A stretch of DNA of 64,000 nt. It comes from an uncultured Bacilli bacterium. Lineage in GTDB: Bacteria > Bacillota_I > Bacilli_A > RF39 > UBA660. This document shows, one piece after another, positions 1 to 10,566 of this stretch; position 1 is the first letter of the stretch; each line of letters starts with the position of its first letter. The notes under the pieces were generated by a model that did not search any database, had not been told where the DNA came from, and was given only the letters and a program-made list of their open reading frames with translations. The DNA lies in the NCBI GenBank assembly GCA_944350445.1, contig CALVOW010000001.1, positions 31,863 through 95,862 on the forward strand, in the 5' to 3' direction. The translations under genes and the position numbers were made by a program.

Positions 1-36
1 GTAGTATTTTGACAATTCATATTCAACCCTCCTTAA

Positions 37-123
37 TTATATATAATTACCTAGAATGATTACTAGTAAAATAAATAATACTAAAACGATTGCATAAGAA
101 GATGTATAGTTATTATTACACAT
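37..123 (-). CDS. Small hydrophobic peptide (28 aa, MCNNNYTSSYAIVLVLFILLVIILGNYI), YjcZ-like. A second truncated copy starts at position 20 and runs off the window edge.
   Basis: GGAGGA RBS lies 7 nt upstream of the ATG. A second RBS (AAGGAGGG) plus ATG follows directly downstream. The peptide is a single TM-like segment and is not in the ORF track because it is short. Confidence 0.3.
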   Translation of the reverse strand: MCNNNYTSSYAIVLVLFILLVIILGNYI

Positions 124-270
124 AATTGATTCCTCCTTTTTTTATATATTCACATTATTGTATGGTTTTTTTTCTATTTTGTGAGGGCAATTTATAGAAA
201 TTATGTAAAAAAGAATTGTTTTTTTATTACTATTTTGTTATGATATTAATGTTACTTGAAGGAGGATAAT

Positions 271-1251
271 ATGAAAAAAATATTAACATTTTTAATTGCA
301 TTTACGATTATTTTAACAACCCTTGGTTGCGATAAAAATACAAATCTTGAAGGTGGAGAAAATGATTTAGTAACATTTAATGATACTAATTTAAATATTA
401 CGACCAATGATTTATATGAAAAATTAAAAGCTAAATATGGAGTTAATTTTTTAATTGATATGATTGATACCAATATTTTAAATGAAGAGTATCCTGATGA
501 TGAAGAAATAGAAGATTATGCAACAATTCAAATCGACTCTTTAAAAAATTATTATAGTACAGAAGCTGAATTTTTAGAATATATTAATTCTTATGGTTAT
601 GAAGATGAAGAAGAATTAAAAGACTATTTTAAATTAAATTATAAAAGAAATTTAGCTGTTTATGACTATCTTGAAACTTTAATAAGTGATGAAGATATTC
701 AAAAATATTATGATGAAAAAATAAGTGGTGATATAACTGGTAGTCATATTCTAATTGAAGTTAATCTAACCGATTCAATGACTGAAGAGGAAAAAAGAAC
801 GGCTAAAGAAGAAGCATTAGAAAAAGCTGAAGAAGCTATTCAAAAATTAGAAGATGGAGAATCTTTTGAAAATGTTGCAAGAGACTATTCTGATGATACC
901 GAAAATTATGATAATGGTGGAAGTATGGGCACATTTGCAAGTTTAGATTTAGATGATGTTACCCGTCAAGAATTTGCTAGATTAGAAGTTGGGGCTTATT
1001 CAACTACTCCCGTTGAAACGGAATATGGTTATGAAATATTTTTGAAAGTTGCTGAAAAAGAAAAACCAAGTTTAGAAAGTGTTAAAACAAGAATCATTAA
1101 AAATATATCAGATGAGAAATTAACGGCTGATAGTACTTTACAATATGAAGGAATTAAAGCTATGCGTGAAAAATACGGCTTTAAAATTCAAGATGAAGAT
1201 TTAGAAATTTACTATGAAAACACCATGAATAATTTACTTGCTGGCGAGTAA
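271..1251 (+). CDS. prsA: Foldase lipoprotein, PrsA-like parvulin-type peptidyl-prolyl isomerase
   Basis: Signal peptide with lipobox LTTLGC and a parvulin PPIase core (GSHILIEV ... ). A strong GAAGGAGGA RBS precedes the ATG at 271, so the ORF-track start at 256 is probably too early. Confidence 0.5.
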   Translation: MKKILTFLIAFTIILTTLGCDKNTNLEGGENDLVTFNDTNLNITTNDLYEKLKAKYGVNFLIDMIDTNILNEEYPDDEEIEDYATIQIDSLKNYYSTEAEFLEYINSYGYEDEEELKDYFKLNYKRNLAVYDYLETLISDEDIQKYYDEKISGDITGSHILIEVNLTDSMTEEEKRTAKEEALEKAEEAIQKLEDGESFENVARDYSDDTENYDNGGSMGTFASLDLDDVTRQEFARLEVGAYSTTPVETEYGYEIFLKVAEKEKPSLESVKTRIIKNISDEKLTADSTLQYEGIKAMREKYGFKIQDEDLEIYYENTMNNLLAGE

Positions 1252-1280
1252 TTATCTAATTCTTTTTTTAAAGGAGCATA

Positions 1281-2138
1281 ATGGAATACATATATAAACA
1301 ATATGAAGTAGAAACACAAAAAAAACTAAATGAAAAAAAGATTGTCACAATTAGTGATTTACATTTAAATGAAAATATTACGAAATATGAATTAGATGAT
1401 TTAATTATAAAAATCAACGATTTATTACCAGAATATATTTTTATTCTTGGAGATGTTACTTCATACAATCATTTACAAAATAAAAATTTCCAAAAAAATC
1501 TCCTATATTTTTTAAAAGTTCTAGCCTCACTTGCTAAAACGTATATGGTATTTGGAAATCATGATTATTTAATTGATAGCAAAAACAAGCTTTTTTTCAC
1601 TAATTTAAATAATTTATTAGAGTTTTACGATAAAACTAATGTTAAAATAATTCATGATTATGTAATTGAAGATGATGATATGAATATTGTTGGGTTTGAT
1701 AAGTTACCAATTTATTATGATCTGGAAATGAAAGATATTAGTAAATTAAAAGAACAAGTATTATATTTACTTACCAAAATTAAAAATATTTTAGAAAATC
1801 AAAAATATACGATTTTATTAACACATTCACATCTTGATTTTTTAAAACTTGAAAAAGATATTTTACAAGCTTTTGATTTAATTTTAGCCGGGCATACTCA
1901 TAATGGATTAGTACCAAATAATTTAGAAAGATTTTTTCGAAAGAATCAAGGTTTTGTTGCCCATAAGAAATTTTTTCCAGATAACATCAGAGGAATGATT
2001 GAAGTAAATAATACTCCTCCTATTATTGTTAATGGCGGTATTACGAAAATTGGCGAATCACATTCCCAAGTTATAAAAACTCTTACAAAACCACTTTTTA
2101 AAGGAGAAATTGATTATATAAAAATAAAAGGATGCTAA
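1281..2138 (+). CDS. Calcineurin-like metallophosphoesterase
   Basis: Motifs ISDLHL, GDV, GNHD and GHTH are present. RBS is AAAGGAG. Confidence 0.6.
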   Translation: MEYIYKQYEVETQKKLNEKKIVTISDLHLNENITKYELDDLIIKINDLLPEYIFILGDVTSYNHLQNKNFQKNLLYFLKVLASLAKTYMVFGNHDYLIDSKNKLFFTNLNNLLEFYDKTNVKIIHDYVIEDDDMNIVGFDKLPIYYDLEMKDISKLKEQVLYLLTKIKNILENQKYTILLTHSHLDFLKLEKDILQAFDLILAGHTHNGLVPNNLERFFRKNQGFVAHKKFFPDNIRGMIEVNNTPPIIVNGGITKIGESHSQVIKTLTKPLFKGEIDYIKIKGC

Positions 2139-2148
2139 ATCCTTTTTT

Positions 2149-2364
2149 TTACATAAATTCCATTACTAAACTAATTACGAAAAATAAAATGCCAAGAAAA
2201 AGAGTAAAACGGCTTATAACAAGTTCACTACCTCTTTCTTTTCTTTTATTAAATAAATCAATACTACCACCACTAATAATTTGACTAGCAGGTTCAGCTT
2301 TACCACTTTGTAGTAAAACAATAATAATTAATAAAATGGAAATTACTAATAAAAATATTTTCAT
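2149..2364 (-). CDS. secG: Preprotein translocase subunit SecG
   Basis: 71 aa with two TM segments and the LLQSGK...G motif typical of SecG. Confidence 0.5.
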   Translation of the reverse strand: MKIFLLVISILLIIIVLLQSGKAEPASQIISGGSIDLFNKRKERGSELVISRFTLFLGILFFVISLVMEFM

Positions 2365-2446
2365 AATCTCACCCTCACTTTTTAAAGAATACCATATAAT
2401 AAAGGTTTTGACAAGTCCCTTTAAGGAAGTTAAGATAAACGCATTT

Positions 2447-2938
2447 TCAAGATTTCATGCGTTTATCCTGACTTTTTATTTTTTTATTACCAAAAGACAA
2501 AAAGAAAAATCCCAAACTAGCCCCAAATGTATCAATTAAAATGTCAATTATTCCAAAACTTCTTTCGGTAATAAATAACTGATGAACTTCATCACTAATT
2601 GCATATAAAAAACAAAGACCTAAAATTAGAAAATAACTTTTTATATTTTTTAAAAAATTAAATGATTTAAAAACGGAAAAAATAGCTATATACAAAACAA
2701 AATATAAAAACATATGAGCTAATTTTCTAATCAAAAAAGAAATACCTTCAATATTATTTAAATCAATACTATCATTAAAAATTCTTAAAAACTGATTTAA
2801 TAAATCAATCACACCATTACTACTGTTTTTAGAAATATCACCTTTTTGATTAGAAAAATAAAAAATTAATAAACACCAAAATATTAAAAAAAGAAGGCTA
2901 AATATCTTTTTAAAATTATCTACTTTTTTTCGTTTCAT
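2447..2938 (-). CDS. VanZ-like family membrane protein
   Basis: Multi-TM protein with the RKLAHMFLYFVL motif (VanZ R-K-x-A-H). Confidence 0.4.
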   Translation of the reverse strand: MKRKKVDNFKKIFSLLFLIFWCLLIFYFSNQKGDISKNSSNGVIDLLNQFLRIFNDSIDLNNIEGISFLIRKLAHMFLYFVLYIAIFSVFKSFNFLKNIKSYFLILGLCFLYAISDEVHQLFITERSFGIIDILIDTFGASLGFFFLSFGNKKIKSQDKRMKS

Positions 2939-3401
2939 ATTCTATTTCTTCTCTTCTTTCATTTAAAATATAAGCATGCATAGTAACTTCTCTTTCTAAA
3001 ATTTGAATTTTTTTATCTAAAAGTTTTAATTGTTCACGACTCATATAATCTAAATACTTATTTAAAAGTTCTCGTTTAAACTTTTCAACCTCATTTAAAG
3101 CCATCATTAAAGAACCAGCTGGATCATCTTCATCACTGTCATAAATATTAGCTAATAAATCAATTAATTTTTTCATTTTTTGATTAATTTTTTTGGTTAT
3201 CAACTTTTCAATTAAACTAGGATTTATAATTACCATTTTATTAACATTAATAGCATCTTTTAACTTAATATTTTTATTTTTAGATGTCATTTTAAATCCT
3301 GTTAATTTGTCATATTCAAAATAAGTAATTTCTTTTTTATCTTTGGTTTTTACAATTAGATAATGAGTCGTATCAGTCATTTTTCCCCTCCCATAAATCA
3401 T
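2916..3401 (-). CDS. Hypothetical protein (coiled-coil, acidic)
   Basis: ORF only. It lies downstream of trmD in the same orientation. Confidence 0.25.
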   Translation of the reverse strand: MIYGRGKMTDTTHYLIVKTKDKKEITYFEYDKLTGFKMTSKNKNIKLKDAINVNKMVIINPSLIEKLITKKINQKMKKLIDLLANIYDSDEDDPAGSLMMALNEVEKFKRELLNKYLDYMSREQLKLLDKKIQILEREVTMHAYILNERREEIEYETKKSR

Positions 3402-4047
3402 TTCTTAAAGACTTAGTCTTTTTTATTTGTTCATTCAAGCGGTATTCCTGAATTTTTTTATGATCACCACTTAATAAAACACTTGGTACTTCCATTCCTT
3501 CATAAACTCTTGGTTTAGTATAAGTTGGATAATCTAATAAATTATTATTAAAAGACTCACTTTCTAAACTCTCTTGATCTATTACTCCATCTAAAAGTCT
3601 AACAACACTATCAGTAATTACCATACTAGGAATTTCCCCACCAGTAAGGATAAAATCACCAATACTAATAAATTCATCACAAATACTTTTAATTCGCTCA
3701 TCAAAGCCTTCATAATGACCACAAAGTAAAATTAAATGCTTCTTTTTGGAAAACTTCTTAGCTATTTCTTGATTATAAGTTTTCCCATCAGGTGTTAACA
3801 TAACAACAAAACTATCCTTGGTTTTTAAACTTTTAATACAATCAAATATTGGTTGGCACATTAAAACCATACCAGCTCCGCCACCATAAGGAGTATCATC
3901 AACCTTACCATGAGGATCAAGGGAAAAATCACGAAAATTATGAATTTTTATTTCCACCTTATGCTTTGCCATTGCTCGAGCAATTATTGATTCTTCTAAA
4001 AAACCAGCAAACATATTGGGAAAAAGAGATAAAATATCAATTTTCAT
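3373..4047 (-). CDS. trmD: tRNA (guanine37-N1)-methyltransferase
   Basis: Full-length match to the TrmD SPOUT fold (MKIDILSLFPNMF...GGGAGMVL...). It sits next to rimM as in the conserved operon. Confidence 0.9.
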   Translation of the reverse strand: MKIDILSLFPNMFAGFLEESIIARAMAKHKVEIKIHNFRDFSLDPHGKVDDTPYGGGAGMVLMCQPIFDCIKSLKTKDSFVVMLTPDGKTYNQEIAKKFSKKKHLILLCGHYEGFDERIKSICDEFISIGDFILTGGEIPSMVITDSVVRLLDGVIDQESLESESFNNNLLDYPTYTKPRVYEGMEVPSVLLSGDHKKIQEYRLNEQIKKTKSLRNDLWEGKND

Positions 4048-4511
4048 AACAAGCCTAAAACCTCCTCTATATCAATTCTTTTATTTTTTAAATCAACCTT
4101 TTTAATAAGTTCAAAGGGAACATAATGCGAATTTATTACTAATAATTTTTTATTTTTTGTTATAAAAGCAATATCTCTAACTTTACCAACAAAAATATTA
4201 TTTTGATATAAATCTAAACCAATTAAATCCGAATCTAAATATTCTTCCTGTTTTAAACCTAAATCTTCGCGATTGGCATAAAGAAAATTTCCTTTTAAAG
4301 AAAGAATTTGATTAATATCATTAATGCCTTCAAAAGTTAGCATATCATATTCTTGATGTTTACGATAGTCTTTAATTGTAAATTCTTGATCTTTTATGAA
4401 AATTTTTTTACCTGCTCGAAAAATACGATCTTTATAAAGAAAGTTTGATCGAACTTTTATTTCCCCTTTTATACCATGCGTTTTTACATATTTACCAACT
4501 AAAACTTTCAT
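4044..4511 (-). CDS. rimM: 16S rRNA processing protein RimM
   Basis: N-terminal VGK..THGIKGEIKV PRC-barrel signature. Immediately upstream of trmD. Confidence 0.8.
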   Translation of the reverse strand: MKVLVGKYVKTHGIKGEIKVRSNFLYKDRIFRAGKKIFIKDQEFTIKDYRKHQEYDMLTFEGINDINQILSLKGNFLYANREDLGLKQEEYLDSDLIGLDLYQNNIFVGKVRDIAFITKNKKLLVINSHYVPFELIKKVDLKNKRIDIEEVLGLL

Positions 4512-4514
4512 ATC

Positions 4515-5240
4515 TCACCTATTTAACTCATATAAAAGAATACTTGTGGCAACACCAACATTTAAACTTTCTACTTTTGAATTCATCTTTATATATAAAT
4601 TTTTATCACACATTTTTTTTAATTCTGCTTTAACACCTGATCCTTCATTTCCCATAATAAGAGCAAATTTTTCTGGGGAAATATCTTTCACATCAATTCC
4701 TTTAAAAACATCCGTTCCTAAAATTACATAATCTTTCTTTTTCAAGTCAGTAATTACTTTTCCTAAATCACGTCTTAGAATATTCATTTGAAAAATCATC
4801 CCTTGACTACTACGAATTACTTTATCATTATATAAATCAACCGAATTTAAATTTAGGATGATGTCAAAAACCGAAAAAGCTAAGCTACTTCGAATAATCG
4901 TTCCTAAATTACCCGGATCTTGAATATCATCTAATAATAATACCCTATTACCTGTAATTTCTTTTTCTTCTAAAAATTTACAAACACCTATTACACTTGG
5001 AACACTATCCATATTCGAAAGTTTTTTCATCACTTTACTTCCAACATAAGTAATAGGAAAATGATAATCTTTAATATTTCCATCAAGAACTAATAAATCA
5101 ACTAGTAAATCACTTTTTAAAGCTTCTTCAACTAAATGTTCGCCTTCAATTAAAAATAATTTCTCTTCGTCACGAAATTTTTTTATTTTTAATTTTAAAT
5201 ACTTTTTAATCTTTTGATTATCCAAACTCGTAATAAGCAT
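4515..5240 (-). CDS. TrmH/SpoU-family RNA 2'-O-methyltransferase (RlmB-like)
   Basis: SpoU methylase motifs (GNEGSGV, LNVGVATSILLYE). Confidence 0.65.
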   Translation of the reverse strand: MLITSLDNQKIKKYLKLKIKKFRDEEKLFLIEGEHLVEEALKSDLLVDLLVLDGNIKDYHFPITYVGSKVMKKLSNMDSVPSVIGVCKFLEEKEITGNRVLLLDDIQDPGNLGTIIRSSLAFSVFDIILNLNSVDLYNDKVIRSSQGMIFQMNILRRDLGKVITDLKKKDYVILGTDVFKGIDVKDISPEKFALIMGNEGSGVKAELKKMCDKNLYIKMNSKVESLNVGVATSILLYELNR

Positions 5241-5373
5241 AAAATCACTTCCAATATAATCATATCACATTTAAGAATTTTAGAAAATAAAGTTAACATT
5301 TTTTTCCTTTTAATTTAGCATCTTAAAAATCGATTATTTTTGGTTTAAAAACATAAACTTTAATGGTGATAAG

Positions 5374-6462
5374 ATGAAAAAAATGGATAAATTACTCTTT
5401 ATAGCCGTTATTATACTAATGATATTTTCTCTTTTTATGATTTATTCGGCCAGTTATATTTGGGCTGAATATAAGTTTGATAACCCGTTTAAATATGTAA
5501 TTAATCAAGGAATATTTAGTATTATTGGAGTAATTTGCCTTCTTATAATCTCAAAAATTGAGCACAAGTTTTATTATAAAAAAGCTAATCATATTCTTTT
5601 AATTTGTATTATATTACTTTCGATTGTTTTAATACCAGGTATTGGAGTCGTTCGAAATGGTAGTCGAAGTTGGTTTTTAATTGGATCATTTGGAATTCAA
5701 CCCAGTGAATTTTCCAAAATTGGTCTTATAATATTCACAAGTAAATATTTAAGTAAAAGTAATAAGTTTTTAAAAGATTATAAAAAAGGGGTATTCCCTA
5801 TTTTAATTATTTTATTTTTAATCTTTGGCTTAATTATGTTAGAACCAGATTTTGGGACCGGGATGATAATTGTTGTAACAATTATTGCTATGTTGTTTGT
5901 AGCTGGGGTTAATATGAAGTTTTTTTATATTCTTTTTATTTTAGGAATTTTAGGAATTACAGGTTTAATTTTAATTGCTCCTTATCGAATGGATCGCATT
6001 ACCTCATTTTTAAATCCGTGGTCCGATCCCTTAGGTACCGGATTTCAAATTATTCAAAGTTTATATGCCATTGGTCCCGGAGGATTGTTTGGAGTTGGCT
6101 ATTTAAATAGTAGACAAAAAAACTTTTACTTACCAGAACCGCAAACGGATTTTATTTTTTCAATTATTGCCGAAGAATTTGGAGTCGTTGGAGCTTTATT
6201 TGTTCTTAGTTTATTTGCAATTATCTTAATTCGCAGTTTAAAAATTTCCTTACGGCAAAATGATTTATTTAGTAAATATTTAGCTTTTGGTTTGACTTTT
6301 CAATTAATAATTCAAGTTATCATGAACTTATCAGTTGTCATTGGTTTAATACCAGTTACTGGTGTAACACTTCCTTTTTTAAGTTATGGTGGTTCTAGTT
6401 TATTAACTAGTTTAGTAGGAATAGGTATTATTTTAAATATATCAAGAAAAAAAGATATTTAA
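5374..6462 (+). CDS. ftsW: FtsW/RodA/SpoVE family peptidoglycan glycosyltransferase
   Basis: Ten-TM SEDS-family sequence (…PEPQTDFIFS…LPFLSYGGSS…). Confidence 0.8.
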   Translation: MKKMDKLLFIAVIILMIFSLFMIYSASYIWAEYKFDNPFKYVINQGIFSIIGVICLLIISKIEHKFYYKKANHILLICIILLSIVLIPGIGVVRNGSRSWFLIGSFGIQPSEFSKIGLIIFTSKYLSKSNKFLKDYKKGVFPILIILFLIFGLIMLEPDFGTGMIIVVTIIAMLFVAGVNMKFFYILFILGILGITGLILIAPYRMDRITSFLNPWSDPLGTGFQIIQSLYAIGPGGLFGVGYLNSRQKNFYLPEPQTDFIFSIIAEEFGVVGALFVLSLFAIILIRSLKISLRQNDLFSKYLAFGLTFQLIIQVIMNLSVVIGLIPVTGVTLPFLSYGGSSLLTSLVGIGIILNISRKKDI

Positions 6463-6478
6463 AAATTAATCTAAATAT

Positions 6479-7057
6479 CTACTGTTTTTGATTATAAATC
6501 ATACTAAGATCAAGGGTTGTAATTTGCACACTTTCACTCGGTATTTCTAAAGCATTAGCATCATAACCAATTTTTAAAGTTATATTTTTCTTTTCTCCCG
6601 CTGCTAAAATATCCGAAATTGAAACTTCCTCGCCCGTTTCCGTATAAGTTAAAGTATATTCTAAATTATCACATACTAATTGCTCATCTTCTAATATTGG
6701 TGGATAAGCAAGACTTGTACAAATGGGAGATATTTTAATTAAAGAATCCAAAGAAGCATCAAAAGAACCACTATTAACAACATCAAAATTATAAATAGCA
6801 TAATCGCCTGGTTTACTTAATAAAACATCATAAGATTTAATTGAAGTAGATTCTAAAACTGGTTCTTCTGGTACTAAAGCCTCTCCACTTATAATAGAAG
6901 TCCTTAAATTAGCAAAATAAACATTCCAATTTTTGGAATCTAATTCATTATTATTTTTACTATAAATAAATGAAAGAAGACCAAAAGTAATACCTAAACT
7001 TCCAAACACTAAAGCTAATACCGTAATCAATTTATTTCTATTTTTCATATTCATCAC
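6479..7057 (-). CDS. Hypothetical membrane-anchored exported protein
   Basis: N-terminal TM anchor. No recognisable domain. Confidence 0.3.
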   Translation of the reverse strand: MMNMKNRNKLITVLALVFGSLGITFGLLSFIYSKNNNELDSKNWNVYFANLRTSIISGEALVPEEPVLESTSIKSYDVLLSKPGDYAIYNFDVVNSGSFDASLDSLIKISPICTSLAYPPILEDEQLVCDNLEYTLTYTETGEEVSISDILAAGEKKNITLKIGYDANALEIPSESVQITTLDLSMIYNQKQ

Positions 7058-7072
7058 CTTTTAATAAAATAA

Positions 7073-7540
7073 CTAATCTTCTAAATAATTAGGTGTAATA
7101 TCAACTTTTGAAGAATCAATTACAAATTCAAAACGTGATAATCTAATATAGTCAAGTTCCGAAGTTGCTTCAACATAAATACTTTCATCTGTTTCAAGCG
7201 ATTCAATCAAATAATTATAAGTATAAACTAAATTAGTACCATCATACATATTAATATCTAAAACCTCTGTTTCAATTGGTATGTCAGCTGTATTAGTTAA
7301 TTTAAAAGCCATTTTAACTTTTCCACTTGCACTTTCTGATACTTCAAAATCAGAAATATCAAAAGTACTAACAGCAACTGGTTTTTCTTCTTGATTATTA
7401 TTTTGTTGATTATTATTAGTATTATCATCATTAGCATTATTTTTTAATACCAAAAAAACTACTACTCCCAAAATTATGATACCAAGCACAATTAAAATAA
7501 TTGCTAACTTTTTTTTATTTCCTTCCATTAAATCCTCCAT
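7073..7540 (-). CDS. Hypothetical membrane-anchored protein with an Asn/Gln-rich linker
   Basis: N-terminal TM segment followed by a low-complexity N/Q stretch. Confidence 0.3.
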   Translation of the reverse strand: MEDLMEGNKKKLAIILIVLGIIILGVVVFLVLKNNANDDNTNNNQQNNNQEEKPVAVSTFDISDFEVSESASGKVKMAFKLTNTADIPIETEVLDINMYDGTNLVYTYNYLIESLETDESIYVEATSELDYIRLSRFEFVIDSSKVDITPNYLED

Positions 7541-7584
7541 TATTATTTTTATTATAACAAAGGATAACTAATTTTTCAAGGAAC

Positions 7585-8370
7585 TTATTTAGAAAGTAAC
7601 ATGTATAGCTTTGTACATATAGCTTGGAAAAAGGGAGCTTTATATAAAAAATGATTAGAATCATCCAAAACAGATTCAACAATTTTCGAAACTATACTAT
7701 CTAAATTATTTTTGCCAACTAATTTAAAAAGTTGCTTCTTCTCTTCCAAAAGATTCTTTATATTTTTAAAATATTTACTGTTATCTATACTATCAAACAT
7801 ATAGTCATTAAAACCTGTATTATAAATACCTGGTTCAATTAATTTTATTTGGATATTTTTATTTATTAAGAAAAGTTCCTTTCTTAAAATAGAGGCCATC
7901 ATGATAATACTAGCTTTACTCATACAATAAGATCCTAAAAAGGAAATTGGATAAATTCCTGCTAAACTAGCTATAAAAATTACTTTACCTTGTTTTGACT
8001 TTAAAAATAAATTATTTATAAAAAGTCTCGTTAATTCTAAATTTTTAAAAACATTTACTTCAAAATTTCTTTTTATATCAGCAACGGGCATATCTAAGAG
8101 TGATCCACCAATTCCAATTCCCGCATTATCAATTAAACAATCTATATCTAAATTGATAATTTTCTTCCAAGATTTTTCATCTAAAAGATCTAAGCAATAA
8201 CAATCAATAAAAAGATTTAAAAATTTATCTTCGTTTTTTATTTTTTCTTTTAAAGAAGATAATTCATAATCATGATGAACAGTTAAATAAACAAAATTGC
8301 CAAGTTTAGCTAATTTAATTCCTACTTGATAACCAATATTACTAGCAGCCCCAGTAATTAAAACTTTCAT
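7585..8370 (-). CDS. Short-chain dehydrogenase/reductase (SDR) family oxidoreductase
   Basis: TGAASNIG Rossmann motif and the YCMSK catalytic Y-x-x-x-K. An AGGTGA RBS precedes the internal MKVLITG start, so the ORF-track N-terminal extension to 8451 is probably spurious. Confidence 0.6.
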   Translation of the reverse strand: MKVLITGAASNIGYQVGIKLAKLGNFVYLTVHHDYELSSLKEKIKNEDKFLNLFIDCYCLDLLDEKSWKKIINLDIDCLIDNAGIGIGGSLLDMPVADIKRNFEVNVFKNLELTRLFINNLFLKSKQGKVIFIASLAGIYPISFLGSYCMSKASIIMMASILRKELFLINKNIQIKLIEPGIYNTGFNDYMFDSIDNSKYFKNIKNLLEEKKQLFKLVGKNNLDSIVSKIVESVLDDSNHFLYKAPFFQAICTKLYMLLSK

Positions 8371-8434
8371 ACCATCACCTTTAATAGTATGGATAATATT
8401 TAAAAAAAAATAAAAAAAAAGTGCTCTTAACACT

Positions 8435-9415
8435 TTAAATCCAAACTCCAAAGATAATTCCTGCCATAGCTAAAATTAAACCAACTAGCCAAAACATACG
8501 AACAATATCAACTTCATTCATACCAAGTTTTTCAAAATGATGATGAATTGGGGTCATTAAAAATAGTTTTTTATTAAAACATTTTACCCAAATAACTTGT
8601 AAAATTACCGATAAAGTTTCAATAACAAAAACAAAAGCTACAATTAAAAGCGTTACTTCGCGGTGCGTTAAGATGGCAATAATACCCATAACGGCTCCCA
8701 GAGCGAGGGATCCCGTATCCCCCATAAATACTTTGGCAGGATAAGCATTATAAAATAGAAAGCCAAGTAATGCTCCAGTTAAAATAAGGGCAAAAATTCC
8801 CATATCGGTGTATCCTACCATTAAAGATATTAAACTAAAAGCAACAAAGGAAATAGCCGACAAACCCCCAGCAAGTCCATCAAGACCATCCGTTAAATTA
8901 ACAGCATTACTACTACCAACCAAAATAAATAATATAAATATTCCATAAAGCCATTTCATTTCAATATTAATTCCAAGAGTAGAAACAACAAGTCTCGTTT
9001 GACCACCATTTTGAATATATAAATAAAAGACAATTAAAGCAACAATAAGTTGCATAAATAATTTTTGAAATGTTGTTAAACCTTCATTTTTACCTCTTTT
9101 AAGACTCAAAAAATCATCTAAAAAGCCAATAAAAGCATAACTTATAAAAACAAATAAAACGATTTTTAAATCTTCGGTTAATTCCATTTTACCAGTTACT
9201 AATAAACCAAAAACGACTAAAAGCGTTGGCAAAATAAAAATTAAGCCTCCAAGCGTTGGAGTTCCTTCTTTGACTTGATGCCTATTTGATACATAACTAC
9301 TAATTCTTTGCCCGGCATGCATTTTTTTTAAAATAGGAATTAATATAAAACCAAGAACAACTGCCGAGATAAATCCTAACATTGCTGCAAGTATTGATTT
9401 TGTTAATAGATACAT
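8435..9415 (-). CDS. mraY: Phospho-N-acetylmuramoyl-pentapeptide transferase
   Basis: Clear MraY signature (…DDFLSL…MGDTGSLALGA…HHHFE…). Confidence 0.9.
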   Translation of the reverse strand: MYLLTKSILAAMLGFISAVVLGFILIPILKKMHAGQRISSYVSNRHQVKEGTPTLGGLIFILPTLLVVFGLLVTGKMELTEDLKIVLFVFISYAFIGFLDDFLSLKRGKNEGLTTFQKLFMQLIVALIVFYLYIQNGGQTRLVVSTLGINIEMKWLYGIFILFILVGSSNAVNLTDGLDGLAGGLSAISFVAFSLISLMVGYTDMGIFALILTGALLGFLFYNAYPAKVFMGDTGSLALGAVMGIIAILTHREVTLLIVAFVFVIETLSVILQVIWVKCFNKKLFLMTPIHHHFEKLGMNEVDIVRMFWLVGLILAMAGIIFGVWI

Positions 9416-9520
9416 ATACTCAACTCCTATCTATATAAGTATACTACAAAATTATGTTGATATTAATAAGATTTTTTTAAATTTACACTTTTTGACAAAA
9501 GAAAAAGACAATTAATTGTC

Positions 9521-10507
9521 TTATCTAACAAGAGTTTTTGGTTTTTGTAAAATTTCAGTACTAGAATCTCCATAACCACATTTTTCAAGTTCTCTAAATA
9601 TACTTTCAGGTTTAGTTGATTTAACCATTGCAAAGCCATAAGGATTAGGTCTACTATTAGGATTTACAAAAATTGGAGTTCCCCCATGAGAGTACACATC
9701 AATACAATTATCCGGACTATCATCAACAACTACAACTCCCCTTAAATCATCTAAACCATAGATTTCTTTAATTTTTTGTCCTTTACTATTTCTTGGTCTT
9801 CTAATTCCATCTATATGTTCCGTTTTATGAAAACGAAGTCCATAATGAACAATTCCTGGATTAATATCATAAATTGCTTCTTTTTTAGCTTCAAATTCAC
9901 GACCATGCATATCATCAATACCATTATGAGCAGTTAAACTAAACAATCTCTCACCAAATATTTTATAAAGGTCATTAACATTTTCCCTTGTATAAGGAAG
10001 CCAATTTTTCTCCCCATAAATTTCCTGATAAGGAATAAGACCTTCAACTTTTTTCCCATCAGCTTCAACGGTTGCATCACGCTCTTCTAAAAACATTTCT
10101 TTATCAAATTTAACAAGTTCTAAAGCCTCTCCAACTTCTAAAAGTGGTCGGCGATAAAATTCATCTTCAAAATCAGCTTGCTTTTCCTCGACACCACGTA
10201 TTACATCATTTCGATTAACATTAAAGTTAGGAAGATTAGGAATAACTCCTAATTCTCTAGCTCTTTTAATTTCGGCTTCAATTAAATCATATTGATATTG
10301 CACTAAACTAATTGCCCTTTCCCTTGTTTTTAAAATCCTTGTTGCAAACTTTGGCCAATTTCTCTCGACATGAAATTGAATAAACGGTGAAGAATTAAAC
10401 AAAACATCATCGTTATCTAAACATAAAAATTTTAGATTTTTAAATTGTATCATAAATATACTCTCCTTTTGGTATAAGATAATATCATAAAGTAAAGAAA
10501 ATGTCAA
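9521..10507 (-). CDS. HAD-superfamily hydrolase-like protein
   Basis: Motif I (LCLDNDDVLF, DxD) and motif IV (VVVDDSPDN). The real start may be the internal M at MIQFKNL. Confidence 0.35.
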   Translation of the reverse strand: MTFSLLYDIILYQKESIFMIQFKNLKFLCLDNDDVLFNSSPFIQFHVERNWPKFATRILKTRERAISLVQYQYDLIEAEIKRARELGVIPNLPNFNVNRNDVIRGVEEKQADFEDEFYRRPLLEVGEALELVKFDKEMFLEERDATVEADGKKVEGLIPYQEIYGEKNWLPYTRENVNDLYKIFGERLFSLTAHNGIDDMHGREFEAKKEAIYDINPGIVHYGLRFHKTEHIDGIRRPRNSKGQKIKEIYGLDDLRGVVVVDDSPDNCIDVYSHGGTPIFVNPNSRPNPYGFAMVKSTKPESIFRELEKCGYGDSSTEILQKPKTLVR

Positions 10508-10566
10508 ATAATAATTTAATTTTTCGAAAAACCAATTTTTCCTTGTTATAATAAAAATGGTGATTT

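Noticed and set aside
3849-4731. Small plus-strand ORFs 3849..4049, 4445..4633 and 4546..4731
   Set aside because: They are fully nested antisense within trmD, rimM and the TrmH-family gene, and are AT-rich frame artefacts.
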